This document shows positions 27,755-36,567 of a stretch of 64,000 nucleotides of DNA, piece by piece; the first letter of the stretch is position 1; the number at the start of each line of letters is the position of its first letter. The notes beneath the pieces are model-generated. The model was not told where the DNA came from. It ran no database searches and saw nothing but the letters and a program-made list of their open reading frames with translations. The stretch is from an uncultured Acidobacteriota bacterium (GTDB taxonomy: Bacteria > Acidobacteriota > Vicinamibacteria > Vicinamibacterales > 2-12-FULL-66-21), in assembly GCA_963797715.1 (NCBI GenBank), contig CAWCQS010000013.1, positions 350,855 to 414,854 of the forward strand, given 5' to 3'. The translations under genes and the position numbers were made by a program.

Positions 27755-28762
27755 ATGCGGCTGTGCACCTGCGTCGTGCTGCTGTTTCTCCAGGTAAGCG
27801 GAACGGCGCGCGCGCAGGACGTGGCCGTGGCCCCGCCGCAGCCGTTCGACGCCTGGCTCGCCGACCTTCGTGCCGAAGCGCTCACCCGAGGCATCCGGCC
27901 CGAGATTCTCGACGCCGCGTTCGCTGACATGCAACCCGTCGAACAGATCCTCCAACGCGATCGCACGCAGGCGGAGTTCGCCCTCGATCTCACCGCGTAT
28001 CTGAAACGGCGCCTGACGAGCCGCGCCGTCCAGACCGCGCAGCAGATGCACACTCAGTATCACGACCTTCTCGCCGCCGTCGGCAAGAAATACGGCGTTC
28101 AGCCGCGGATCATCACCGCGGTCTGGGGGCTCGAATCAAACTTCGGGCGATTTGCCGGCGTGCGTCCGACGATTCCGGCGCTGACGACGCTCGCGTACGA
28201 TCCGCGGCGCGCGACGCTCTTTCGCAAGGAGCTGTTCAGCGCGCTCGAGATCGTCAATCGCGGCGACATCGAGCTCGAACGCCTCAAGGGCTCGTGGGCC
28301 GGCGCGCTCGGCCAGCCGCAGTTCATGCCGTCCACGTATCTCGAGTTCGCGCAGGACTTCGACGGCGACGGCCGCCGCGATATCTGGAGCTCCCAGGCGG
28401 ACGTGTTCGCGTCGGTGGCGCACTACCTGAAGGAGCACGGCTGGTCCGATACGTCGACGTGGGGTCGCGAGGTGAAGGTGCCAAAGGCGGCCAGATCCCG
28501 TGTCACGGCTGTGCCGCATCGCCCTGAAGGCTGCCGCGCTGTCCGCGCGCTCAGCAAGCGCCTCCCGCCCAAGGAATGGTCCAAGATGGGCGTCCGAACG
28601 CTCGCCGGCACGGCGCTGCCCGCAAGCGCGATCGATGCCTCGATGGTGACCGATGGCGCGCGGTTCTTTCTCGTCTACCCGAATTACGAAGCACTGCTCT
28701 CGTACAACTGCGCCACAAGTTACGCCATCAGCATCGGAATGCTCTCGGATCGGCTCAAGTAA
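27755..28762 (+). CDS. mltB: Lytic murein transglycosylase (MltB family)
   Basis: Signal peptide, WGLESNFG and AGALGQPQFMPSTY motifs. Confidence 0.8.
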   Translation: MRLCTCVVLLFLQVSGTARAQDVAVAPPQPFDAWLADLRAEALTRGIRPEILDAAFADMQPVEQILQRDRTQAEFALDLTAYLKRRLTSRAVQTAQQMHTQYHDLLAAVGKKYGVQPRIITAVWGLESNFGRFAGVRPTIPALTTLAYDPRRATLFRKELFSALEIVNRGDIELERLKGSWAGALGQPQFMPSTYLEFAQDFDGDGRRDIWSSQADVFASVAHYLKEHGWSDTSTWGREVKVPKAARSRVTAVPHRPEGCRAVRALSKRLPPKEWSKMGVRTLAGTALPASAIDASMVTDGARFFLVYPNYEALLSYNCATSYAISIGMLSDRLK

Positions 28763-28823
28763 GCTTCCAGCTGCCGCTGCCGGTTTCCAGCCGCGGAAGC
28801 CAATACGCTCGAGGAGTGTCGAC

Positions 28824-29384
28824 ATGAAGCAGACGACGATGGGATTCTTGTGCGCGATGGGTCTCAGCGCGGCAGCAATCGCGCAAACGCCGGCGCCGCC
28901 ACCGACGTTGGACATCGCGGGCGCCCTCAAGCTCCAGCATCAGAACATCCGCCGCAACCTCGCCGCGTCGGCCGAAAAGATGCCCGAAGCGGACTATAAC
29001 TTCCGGCCGCAGGGCGCGGCACCGGAAGTCAGGACATTCGGCCAGTTGATTGCGCATCTCGTAGACGCCAACTACGCCATCTGCGCCGGAGCGAAGCCCG
29101 AGCCGGCGCCGAAGCACGCGGCCAACGACAAGGAAGTGCAGCCGAAGGCGGATCTCGTCAAGATGCTCAACGAGGCACTTGCCTACTGCGACGCGATCTA
29201 CGACGCGCAGACCAGCTCCACCATCAACGAGATGTTGAAGCGTAACGGCCCGAACAACACGACGCTCGAACGCGCCCGAGGCAACTCGCTCATCAGCAAC
29301 ATCGCGCACAACAACGAGCACTACGGCAACCTGGTCACCTACATGCGCGCCAAGGGGCTTGTGCCGCCGTCCAGTGAACGATAA
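28824..29384 (+). CDS. DinB-superfamily protein with signal peptide
   Basis: MKQTTMGFLCAMGLSAAAIAQ leader. The His-containing helices (..FGQLIAHLVDANY.., ..NIAHNNEHYGNLVTYMR) fit a DinB-like four-helix bundle. Confidence 0.6.
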   Translation: MKQTTMGFLCAMGLSAAAIAQTPAPPPTLDIAGALKLQHQNIRRNLAASAEKMPEADYNFRPQGAAPEVRTFGQLIAHLVDANYAICAGAKPEPAPKHAANDKEVQPKADLVKMLNEALAYCDAIYDAQTSSTINEMLKRNGPNNTTLERARGNSLISNIAHNNEHYGNLVTYMRAKGLVPPSSER

Positions 29385-29413
29385 GAAAGTCTGACGTCAG
29401 ACGTCAGACTTTC
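29385..29413. terminator. 29-nt perfect palindrome gAAAGTCTGACGTCAGACGTCAGACTTTc (heptamer-based, contains a TGACGTCA core)
   Basis: The arms are exact reverse complements around a single central base. It starts 1 nt after the DinB stop and ends 10 nt before the symporter ATG. It could be a terminator hairpin or a dimeric regulator site. Confidence 0.5.
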
Positions 29414-29423
29414 GAGGTTTCCC

Positions 29424-30131
29424 ATGACTCTCTCATCACTCGACTGGCTGATCGTCGCGATCTCGCTGATTGTGTGCTTCGTACCTGCGCTGTTCTTCGC
29501 GCGCCGGGCGGGCAAGAACACCTCCGAGTTCTTCGCGTCCGGCCGCTCGGTGCCATGGTGGCTGGCGGGGCTGTCGATGGTCGCCACCACCTTCAGCAGC
29601 GACACGCCAAACCTCGTGACCGACATCGTTCGCCGGAATGGCGTCGCGGGGAACTGGGTCTGGTGGGCGTTTGTCCTCACCGGCGTGTCCACCGTCTTCT
29701 TCTACGCGCGGCTGTGGCGGCGGTCCGGCGTGTTGACCGACCTGGAGTTCTACGAGATCCGCTACTCGGGAACGGCGGCAAGCGTCGTTCGCGGCTTCCG
29801 CGCCATCTATCTCGGGTTCCTCTTCAACTGCATGATCATGGCCGCGGTCAATCTCGCCGCGTGCAAGATCGCCGGCATCCTGTTCGGCCTCGAGCGCTGG
29901 CAGACGCTCCTCGGCGTCGGCATCCTCAACGTCGTGTTCGCAGCGCACTCTGGACTGTGGGGTGTGCTCGTCATCGACATGATTCAGTTCTTCATCAAGA
30001 TGACGGCGGTCATTGCCGCCGCGTGGTTCGCGCTTGAGTGCGCCGCAGGTCGGCGGTCTCAGCGGGCTCATCGACAAGCTGTCGGTGACCCGCGGCCCAG
30101 GCGGCATCGACTACCTCGCGGTGCTGCCTGA
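29424..30131 (+). CDS. Sodium:solute symporter (SSF) family transporter, N-terminal fragment (genuine to about 30036)
   Basis: EFFASGRSVPWWLAGLSMVATTFSSDTP is typical of SSF. The frame is lost after ..AAAWFAL. Confidence 0.75.
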   Translation: MTLSSLDWLIVAISLIVCFVPALFFARRAGKNTSEFFASGRSVPWWLAGLSMVATTFSSDTPNLVTDIVRRNGVAGNWVWWAFVLTGVSTVFFYARLWRRSGVLTDLEFYEIRYSGTAASVVRGFRAIYLGFLFNCMIMAAVNLAACKIAGILFGLERWQTLLGVGILNVVFAAHSGLWGVLVIDMIQFFIKMTAVIAAAWFALECAAGRRSQRAHRQAVGDPRPRRHRLPRGAA

Positions 30132-31578
30132 CTTCTCGAACAACTGGGACATGGCGGTGGCCGTGTTCATCATGCCAATCGCCGTGCAATGGTGGGCGGT
30201 GTGGTATCCGGGAGCCGAGCCGGGCGGCGGCAGCTACATCGCGCAGCGGATGCTGGCCTCGAAGTCAGAACGCGACGCGCTCGGCGCCGTTCTCTTCTTC
30301 AACGTTGCGCACTACGTGCTCCGTCCGTGGCCGTGGATTCTCGTCGCGCTCTGCTCGATCCTCGTCTATCCGGAGCTTTCGGACATCCAGCGCGCCTTCC
30401 CCAATCTCGACCCGGGACTGCTCGGCCACGACATTGCCTATCCAGCGATGCTCAAGTTCCTGCCCGCCGGATTCGTCGGCCTGATGGTCGGTGGCCTGAT
30501 CGCCGCCAATTCATCGACGATCCTCACGCACCTCAATTGGGGGGCGTCGTACCTGGTTCACGACTTCTATCGCCGCTTCATCCGGCGTGACGCGAGCGAA
30601 CAGCACTACGTCGCCGCCGGACGCATCGTCACGTTCGTGCTCTTCATCTCGTCGTCCATGCTCGTGTATCTGCTCGATACCGCGAAGGACGCCTTCGACG
30701 TCATCCTGCAAGTCGGCGCCGGGACCGGACTGCTGTATCTGGTGCGCTGGTTCTGGTGGCGGGTCAACGCCTGGTGCGAAGTCGTCGCGATGCTCAGCTC
30801 GTTCGCCGTGTCCCTTGCGATTCTCGTGCTGGCAAAAAACGGCGTCGCGCTGAGCACGCACGTCGCGCTGCTCGTCACGATTGCGGTCACGACCGTGTGC
30901 TGGATGGCTACGGCATGGCTGGGACCGGAGACAGATCGAGCCGTGCTGGTGGAGTTTTACCGAAAGGTTCGGCCGGCCGGTCCCGGCTGGGAACCGATTC
31001 GCCGCGCGGCGGGATTGCCGGCAGGCGCGTCTCCCGACAACATTCCGCTTGCGCTGCTCGGTTGGACCGCCGGCTGCACCGCCATCTGGTCAGCGCTCTT
31101 TACCGTCGGTAATGTGCTTTACAAGCGGCCGGGAACCGCTGGCATCCTGTTCGTAGTCTTCTTGATCAGCGCCGCCGTCCTCGCCCGCGTCACGCGAACG
31201 CTGTGGGCCGAGAAGAGTTCCGTGGCTGTCCCGCCTAGGACCCTAACGCACCGCAGGCGTAAACGCTCTCGAGAAGATCTGACCATCTTTGCCAAGCAGC
31301 CCCAGATCCTTGCCATCGACCACGAGGCGAACGGCACCAGCGTCGCCGGCCCGAATCAGGATCGAGCGATCGGCACCGAGCGCGATGCGCTGATCGGCGG
31401 GGAATTCCCTCTCCATCGCCTTGCGACCGTCAATCGTGATGCGCGCCCAGACTGGACGCGTCGTGATGAACTCGATGTTGAGGGCGCGCGGCGGCCCGGC
31501 TGGCGCCACTGGCTTCGGTGCAGGAGCAGCCTCCGCCGGAGGCTGAGCCGCCGGGGCGGCGGAACTCGACGCCGCTGA
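30013..31578 (+). CDS. Sodium:solute symporter, C-terminal fragment. The last ~110 codons are probably a run-on.
   Basis: SAPQVGGLSGLIDKL..WWAVWYPGAEPGGGSYIAQRMLASKSE.. continues the SSF fold. The tail after about 31240 overlaps the well-conserved C-terminus of the convergent gene and is Arg-rich. Confidence 0.7.
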   Translation: MPPRGSRLSAPQVGGLSGLIDKLSVTRGPGGIDYLAVLPDFSNNWDMAVAVFIMPIAVQWWAVWYPGAEPGGGSYIAQRMLASKSERDALGAVLFFNVAHYVLRPWPWILVALCSILVYPELSDIQRAFPNLDPGLLGHDIAYPAMLKFLPAGFVGLMVGGLIAANSSTILTHLNWGASYLVHDFYRRFIRRDASEQHYVAAGRIVTFVLFISSSMLVYLLDTAKDAFDVILQVGAGTGLLYLVRWFWWRVNAWCEVVAMLSSFAVSLAILVLAKNGVALSTHVALLVTIAVTTVCWMATAWLGPETDRAVLVEFYRKVRPAGPGWEPIRRAAGLPAGASPDNIPLALLGWTAGCTAIWSALFTVGNVLYKRPGTAGILFVVFLISAAVLARVTRTLWAEKSSVAVPPRTLTHRRRKRSREDLTIFAKQPQILAIDHEANGTSVAGPNQDRAIGTERDALIGGEFPLHRLATVNRDARPDWTRRDELDVEGARRPGWRHWLRCRSSLRRRLSRRGGGTRRR

Positions 31579-32217
31579 AGGATTCGTCGGCGTGACTGGG
31601 CCCACGGGACCCGACGACGACCGCCACAACAAGACCGCAACAGCCAGGACGGCGATCGTGGCGAGCCCGACGCCGACGTGAGCGGCCCGGATACGCGGCA
31701 GCGCGCCGGGAGCCTGCGTAATCGCTTCGCGCTCGGCACTCGATCCCCACGGCGACGTATCGTCCACTGCTGGGGACGCCGAGGCACGCGCGCCTGCCAC
31801 CGGCGTAACAACCGTCGCTGGTGTCGCGGGCAGAGCGGCAGTCGCCGGCGGGGCAACAGCGGCTGGAGCCGCGGCGAGGGGGACGGTAGACGGTGTGGTG
31901 ACCGCGGCAGGCGGCACCTGAGCACGAGCCGCATGTGTCGCCGCTGTCGTCGCAACAGGCGAACGATCTTCAGCCCGCCGCAACTCGCGGTCCGTGGCGG
32001 CAATCGACTGTGTATATCGGTCGTATCGGAAGGTGTTGACGAAGGCATCGAACTCGGCCACCGCTTTTTCGCGCTGTCGTCGGGAGAGCTGGATCTTGTC
32101 GGCGAGCTGCTCGAGCTCGGCGAGGGCCGAGCGCTCGTCGAAGGGCGTTGGATCCTGTGTCTGTGTCGAATCGCTCACGATGCGCAGTAGTTGACCAAGG
32201 TCCCGCCGCCCGGTCAA
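31243..32217 (-). CDS. RodZ-like DUF4115 domain protein (one TM helix, Ala/Pro-rich linker, C-terminal DUF4115-type beta domain)
   Basis: The C-terminus VWARITIDGRKAMEREFPADQRIALGADRSILIRAGDAGAVRLVVDGKDLGLLGKDGQ matches the RodZ C-terminal pattern. No N-terminal HTH is evident. Confidence 0.6.
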   Translation of the reverse strand: MTGRRDLGQLLRIVSDSTQTQDPTPFDERSALAELEQLADKIQLSRRQREKAVAEFDAFVNTFRYDRYTQSIAATDRELRRAEDRSPVATTAATHAARAQVPPAAVTTPSTVPLAAAPAAVAPPATAALPATPATVVTPVAGARASASPAVDDTSPWGSSAEREAITQAPGALPRIRAAHVGVGLATIAVLAVAVLLWRSSSGPVGPVTPTNPSAASSSAAPAAQPPAEAAPAPKPVAPAGPPRALNIEFITTRPVWARITIDGRKAMEREFPADQRIALGADRSILIRAGDAGAVRLVVDGKDLGLLGKDGQIFSRAFTPAVR

Positions 32218-32369
32218 GCCTTATCCTCATTCGTAGCAAAGTTGCACGGCCACCAGGGATGTGGCTGAGACACGCCGTGCAGGATCGTGCCTTTTCGCCA
32301 CTTCTTCGATGGGTGACGGAAGGTCCTCCTCTTGCAGGACTCCTGAGCTGGATCATCCCAGGAGGCGCC

Positions 32370-32930
32370 GTGTTCCAGCTCAGCCTTGTCGATCACATCC
32401 GCTTGAGCTTCGGCAGCGTCGCGACGAGTTATCGGGCGCATGCCCGAGCCGCCGAACGCCTTTCGTCACGCGCATGGAAGTCGCGAGCGGTGCTCGTCAC
32501 GCTGCTCGGCCTCTCGACGGGGGCGAGCCTCGTCGCGCTCACCGGCGTACGTCAGGCGCAGATCGCCGCCGCTGTGCTCTCGGCGACGGCGCTCGTTGGC
32601 CTCGCCATCGTCCACTCCCTCGACTTCGAATCGCGCGCGTTCGCGCACCGCGCCTGCGCGGCGCAGCTGTGGCTCCTCTGCGAGAAGTACCGCGCGCTCC
32701 TCGCCGAGGTCCATGATGGCCTCATCGATCTCGCGCAGACGACGGCGCGGCGCGATGCGCTGATGCGCGAGGTGCAAAACGTCTACGAGCACGCACTGCC
32801 GGCCGATCGGGACGCCTACGAGATCGCGCGCGAGGCCCTCGGCGCAGGAACAGGGACGCCGGCGGACGCCGAGATCGATCGCCTCCTGCCAGCCTCCCTC
32901 AGACACCCGGCGGGCGTTTCTCCGACATAA
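32370..32930 (+). CDS. SLATT-like two-TM protein (tentative)
   Basis: RBS AGGAGG lies 5 nt before GTG 32370. ..SYRAHARAAERLSSRAWKSR is followed by two adjacent TM helices (AVLVTLLGLSTGASLVALTG, IAAAVLSATALVGLAIVHSL). Next comes a helical ..FAHRACAAQLWLLCEKYRALLAEV.. region, which is the layout of SLATT effector domains. Confidence 0.45.
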   Translation: MFQLSLVDHIRLSFGSVATSYRAHARAAERLSSRAWKSRAVLVTLLGLSTGASLVALTGVRQAQIAAAVLSATALVGLAIVHSLDFESRAFAHRACAAQLWLLCEKYRALLAEVHDGLIDLAQTTARRDALMREVQNVYEHALPADRDAYEIAREALGAGTGTPADAEIDRLLPASLRHPAGVSPT

Positions 32931-33115
32931 ATGTCAGTTCTGTCACAACCAGCCTGAGATCGACGTAGTATTGCTATACGTGTGGGCTCGCGGTCCGGCT
33001 GCGACGGACCTGTGAGCGCCTCGCGACCGCATGGCACGTCGGGCGTGACTCCCTGCCGCCCCACATGGTCAGGCGTGCGTGCGCCGTCTTGATCATTCGC
33101 ATCGGAGGAGGCGGA

Positions 33116-33352
33116 GTGGTCGAATCGGATCAAAAACCTCGATCGGTCGACGAGTGCCTGGCCAGGATCCGCCAGCTCGAAGAAGAAAACGCCCATCTGC
33201 GCGAGGCTGCGAAGACGTTTGGGGATCTGGCCGAGCGCCTGAAGCGCGCCCTCGACGCAGAACTGCGGCGCGGAGGGCACCCCGGTTCCCCCCGCGATCG
33301 CCTCGCAAAAGACAGTCGAGCCGTCGTCGACGCCGGCCAGCCCGGGCGATAA
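33116..33352 (+). CDS. Small hypothetical coiled-coil protein (~78 aa)
   Basis: GGAGGAGG precedes GTG 33116. The helical heptad-like segment is ECLARIRQLEEENAHLREAAKTFGDLAERLKRALDAEL. No family recognised. Confidence 0.35.
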   Translation: MVESDQKPRSVDECLARIRQLEEENAHLREAAKTFGDLAERLKRALDAELRRGGHPGSPRDRLAKDSRAVVDAGQPGR

Positions 33353-33452
33353 CCCCTCAACCCGGCCTGCTGGAAAAAGCGGGCCTCGGCTGCTACTCTA
33401 GAAAGACGGGCACCTACCGAACAGGCCGTTTCTGGGAGGCTATCTGACGGCA

Positions 33453-34127
33453 ATGCGCTTTCCCGTCGCACTCGTGCTCGCGGTCGGCCTGGCAGGCGCA
33501 GGCGCCTACGCCAGCGCCCCCACGCGCGACACGACGCTGCCAGAACCCGCGGCATTCGCCGGTGGTAGTTCGCTCAACAACAAGGTTCTCAAGCTTGCGC
33601 TGAGCGCGGCGGCGTGTGCCCGGAGCGTCGGTGCGGCTACGAACGATCGCCTTCTGACGGTCATCGATTATTCGCGCGCGTCCAGCCAACCTCGGCTCTG
33701 GGTCCTCGATCTCGTTCGTGAACAGGTGCTCTTCGAAGAGCTCGTCGCCCACGGCCGTGGCAGCGGTGAAAACTTCGCCACGCGGTTCTCGAACGACGAC
33801 GGCAGCCATCAGACGAGTCTGGGTCTCTTCCGTACGGCAGACACTTACGTCGGCACCAATGGATATTCGCTGCGCCTCGATGGGCTCGAGCCCGGCGTCA
33901 ACGATCGCGCGCGCGAGCGCGCCATCGTCATGCACGGCGCCCCGTATGTCAGTGACACGCAGCTAAGGGCCGTAGGACGGCTTGGCCGCAGCCACGGCTG
34001 CCCCGCGCTCCGGCCGGCCATCGCCCGCACCATCATCGACACCATCAAACAGGGCTCGCTCGTATTCGCGTATTACCCCGACACGAGCTGGTTGCACGCG
34101 TCGCGGTTCCTCAACGGCTGTTCCTGA
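33453..34127 (+). CDS. L,D-transpeptidase catalytic-domain family protein (YkuD_2-like)
   Basis: Signal peptide, IVMHGAPYV and GRLGRSHGCPAL (catalytic His/Cys block). Confidence 0.75.
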   Translation: MRFPVALVLAVGLAGAGAYASAPTRDTTLPEPAAFAGGSSLNNKVLKLALSAAACARSVGAATNDRLLTVIDYSRASSQPRLWVLDLVREQVLFEELVAHGRGSGENFATRFSNDDGSHQTSLGLFRTADTYVGTNGYSLRLDGLEPGVNDRARERAIVMHGAPYVSDTQLRAVGRLGRSHGCPALRPAIARTIIDTIKQGSLVFAYYPDTSWLHASRFLNGCS

Positions 34128-34165
34128 CGTTGCCCCGCGCTGATTCGCCCGGGCGCCCCAGCGAC

Positions 34166-34264
34166 ATGCGCCGCAGCTACGCTCGCGTGATCCTCGTCTG
34201 GGCCATCACCCTCATCGCCCTCTACGCGTTTCAGGAGTATTTCTCCTGGCCGGACGTTCGCTGA
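34166..34264 (+). CDS. Candidate 32-aa single-TM micro-protein preceding the symporter
   Basis: ATG..MRRSYARVILVWAITLIALYAFQEYFSWPDVR*. The stop is 1 nt before the symporter ATG (cgcTGAtATG). It is too short for the ORF track. Confidence 0.4.
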   Translation: MRRSYARVILVWAITLIALYAFQEYFSWPDVR

Positions 34265-34265
34265 T

Positions 34266-35969
34266 ATGCACCCGCTCGACTGGGCAGTCGTCATCGGCTT
34301 CACTGCCTGGATCGTCTACGACGGGCTGAAGCGGACGAAAGACAGCCACGAGATCGAGGGCTACTTTCTCGCCAATCGATCGATTCCGTGGTGGGCCGCC
34401 GGCATCTCGGTGATGGCGACGCAGCTGAGCGCGATCACCATGATCGGGACGACCGGGCAGGGCTACACCGACGGACTGCGTTTCATCCAGTTCTACTTCG
34501 CGCTGCCGCTGGCAATGGTCATCCTGTCGGTGACGCTGGTGCCGTTCTTCTACAGGTCCGGGGTCTACACGGCGTACGAATACCTCGAGCGCCGCTTCGA
34601 TTCGAAGACGCGCAGCCTGACCAGCCTGCTCTTCCTCATCTCGCGCGGCATGTCGTGCGGAGCAGTCATCTCGGCGCCGGCGGTCGTCCTCTCGCTGGTG
34701 CTCGGCTGGAACCTCACGGCGACGGCGCTCGCGATCACGCTGCCGGCCGTGGTCTACACCATGTTCGGCGGCGTGCAGGCGGTGACCTGGACCGACGTCA
34801 AGATCATGGTCCTCATTGTCTTCGGCCTGTTTGCCGTCATCGCCACCGCGCTCATCGGCCTGCCCTCGGGCGTCGGGCTGGTCGATGGCCTGCATATCGC
34901 CGCCGTCACCGGGCGGCTGCGCACGTTCGACTTCTCCTTCGATCTCACGAATCAGTACACGTTCTGGTCGGGCACGATTGCCGCGCTCTTCCTGTTCTGC
35001 TCGTACTTCGGCACCGATCAGAGCCAGGTCCAGCGCTACCTCACCGCGCGGTCGGTCGACGAAGCGCGACACTCGCTGCTGATGAGCGCGTACTGGAAGA
35101 TTCCGCTTCAGCTCATCGTGCTTTTGCTCGGCGTGCTGGTGTTCGTGTTCTACGTCTTCAACCGCCCGCCGCTCCTCTTCAGCTCGGCGCAGGTCGAACG
35201 GGTGCGCGCTGGCGGCCAGGCGACGGCCTACTCGGCGCTCGAGTCGGAGTTCCAGACGGCGTTGGACGCGAGACGCACGGCAGCGACCGAGTTCGTCGAC
35301 GCCCGTCACGCCGGCGACGCGCCGCGTATCGAAGCCGGGGCGGCAGCCGTGCGACGCGGCGAGTCCGGCGTCAACGAGGTCCGCGGCCGCGCAGCCGCGC
35401 TCGTGCGCGAGACGACGGGCGATCGGAGCTCCTCGGACGTCAACTACATCACGCCCACGTTCATCCTCACCCAGCTCCCGATTGGCCTCGTCGGCGTACT
35501 GATCCTTGCGATCATCATGGCCGCAACCGACACGATTGCCGGCGAGCTGAACTCGCTCTCGACCGCGACGGTCATCGACTTCTACAAGCGCTGGTTCCGT
35601 CCCGTGGCGACCGACGCGCATTACCTGACGGTGTCGAAGGCCATCACGGGAGTCTGGGGCCTCTTTGCCTGCGCCGTCGCGGTCTGGGCGGCCGAGCTCG
35701 GCTCGCTCATCGAAGTCGTCAACCGGTTCGGGTCGTTTTTCTACGGATCGATTCTCGGCGTCTTCATCCTCGCCGTGGCCGTGCCGTTTGCGTCCGGCAC
35801 TGGTGCCTTCGTCGGCCTGATTGCTGGCATGGCGTCGGTGGCCCTGGTCGCGTCGTTCACAAAGATCGCCTTCCTCTGGCACAACGTTGTCGGCGCCGTC
35901 GTTGTCGTAGTCGTCGGCGTCGTCTTCAGTGCCGTCATGCCCTCCGGGCGCGCGCAGCGAACGCCATAG
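34266..35969 (+). CDS. Sodium:solute symporter (SSF) family transporter
   Basis: EGYFLANRSIPWWAAGISVMATQLSAITMIGTTGQGY and about 13 TM helices. The 567-codon ORF is intact. Confidence 0.85.
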   Translation: MHPLDWAVVIGFTAWIVYDGLKRTKDSHEIEGYFLANRSIPWWAAGISVMATQLSAITMIGTTGQGYTDGLRFIQFYFALPLAMVILSVTLVPFFYRSGVYTAYEYLERRFDSKTRSLTSLLFLISRGMSCGAVISAPAVVLSLVLGWNLTATALAITLPAVVYTMFGGVQAVTWTDVKIMVLIVFGLFAVIATALIGLPSGVGLVDGLHIAAVTGRLRTFDFSFDLTNQYTFWSGTIAALFLFCSYFGTDQSQVQRYLTARSVDEARHSLLMSAYWKIPLQLIVLLLGVLVFVFYVFNRPPLLFSSAQVERVRAGGQATAYSALESEFQTALDARRTAATEFVDARHAGDAPRIEAGAAAVRRGESGVNEVRGRAAALVRETTGDRSSSDVNYITPTFILTQLPIGLVGVLILAIIMAATDTIAGELNSLSTATVIDFYKRWFRPVATDAHYLTVSKAITGVWGLFACAVAVWAAELGSLIEVVNRFGSFFYGSILGVFILAVAVPFASGTGAFVGLIAGMASVALVASFTKIAFLWHNVVGAVVVVVVGVVFSAVMPSGRAQRTP

Positions 35970-36055
35970 TGCAGCGGTGAAGCCGCAGCTCCCGCCTCCC
36001 GCCCAGCGGCTGCGGGCGCTCGGCGCTCGATCGAGGCGTGTCAGAAGGCCACTGC

Positions 36056-36304
36056 TCACAGCCGGCAGATCAACAGTTCGCGCTCGTAGACCATTTCCGG
36101 CGGCAGGTGATCGTGCAGATCGATGAACAACTCCTCATGCTGAATCACTTCTCTGCGCCACTGCGCGGGTCGACTCTCTGCATTTCCTCGAACTGCTCCC
36201 TGTTGATGTCGAGACCGCCCCAGTCGATGTCCTCGTAGCGCGCCATCCAGCCGATCGGTGACTCCTTTGCCAGCACGCGACCGTGCACACGATCGACGAT
36301 CCAT
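36056..36304 (-). CDS. pckG: GTP-dependent PEP carboxykinase, extreme C-terminal fragment (genuine from about 36180)
   Basis: ..[36 protein letters not shown] is the conserved PEPCK tail. It joins the previous fragment at GAC CC(C) GCG (C-run). Confidence 0.75.
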   Translation of the reverse strand: MDRRSCARSRAGKGVTDRLDGALRGHRLGRSRHQQGAVRGNAESRPAQWRREVIQHEELFIDLHDHLPPEMVYERELLICRL

Positions 36305-36567
36305 TTCAACACACGCATGTTCTCGCGAAACCCCGGCCAGAGAAAGCGGCCGTCCGCGTCTTTCCGGAACCAGTTGACGTGAAATATCTTCGGCGTCTCG
36401 CTGAGCAACCGCTGCATCTTGATCCAGTGCCGGAAGTAATCTCCCATGTGATAGCCGCAGAAGGGCAGCATCGCCATTGGGTCACGACGGAGCGCACCGA
36501 CGCTGCCGGTGGCCGCCGCGGTCGTCTCCGAACCCATCGTCGCGCCGACGTCACACCTGAGCTCCAA
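36145..36567 (-). CDS. pckG: GTP-dependent PEP carboxykinase, middle fragment
   Basis: [63 protein letters not shown]. Confidence 0.85.
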   Translation of the reverse strand: MELRCDVGATMGSETTAAATGSVGALRRDPMAMLPFCGYHMGDYFRHWIKMQRLLSETPKIFHVNWFRKDADGRFLWPGFRENMRVLKWIVDRVHGRVLAKESPIGWMARYEDIDWGGLDINREQFEEMQRVDPRSGAEK

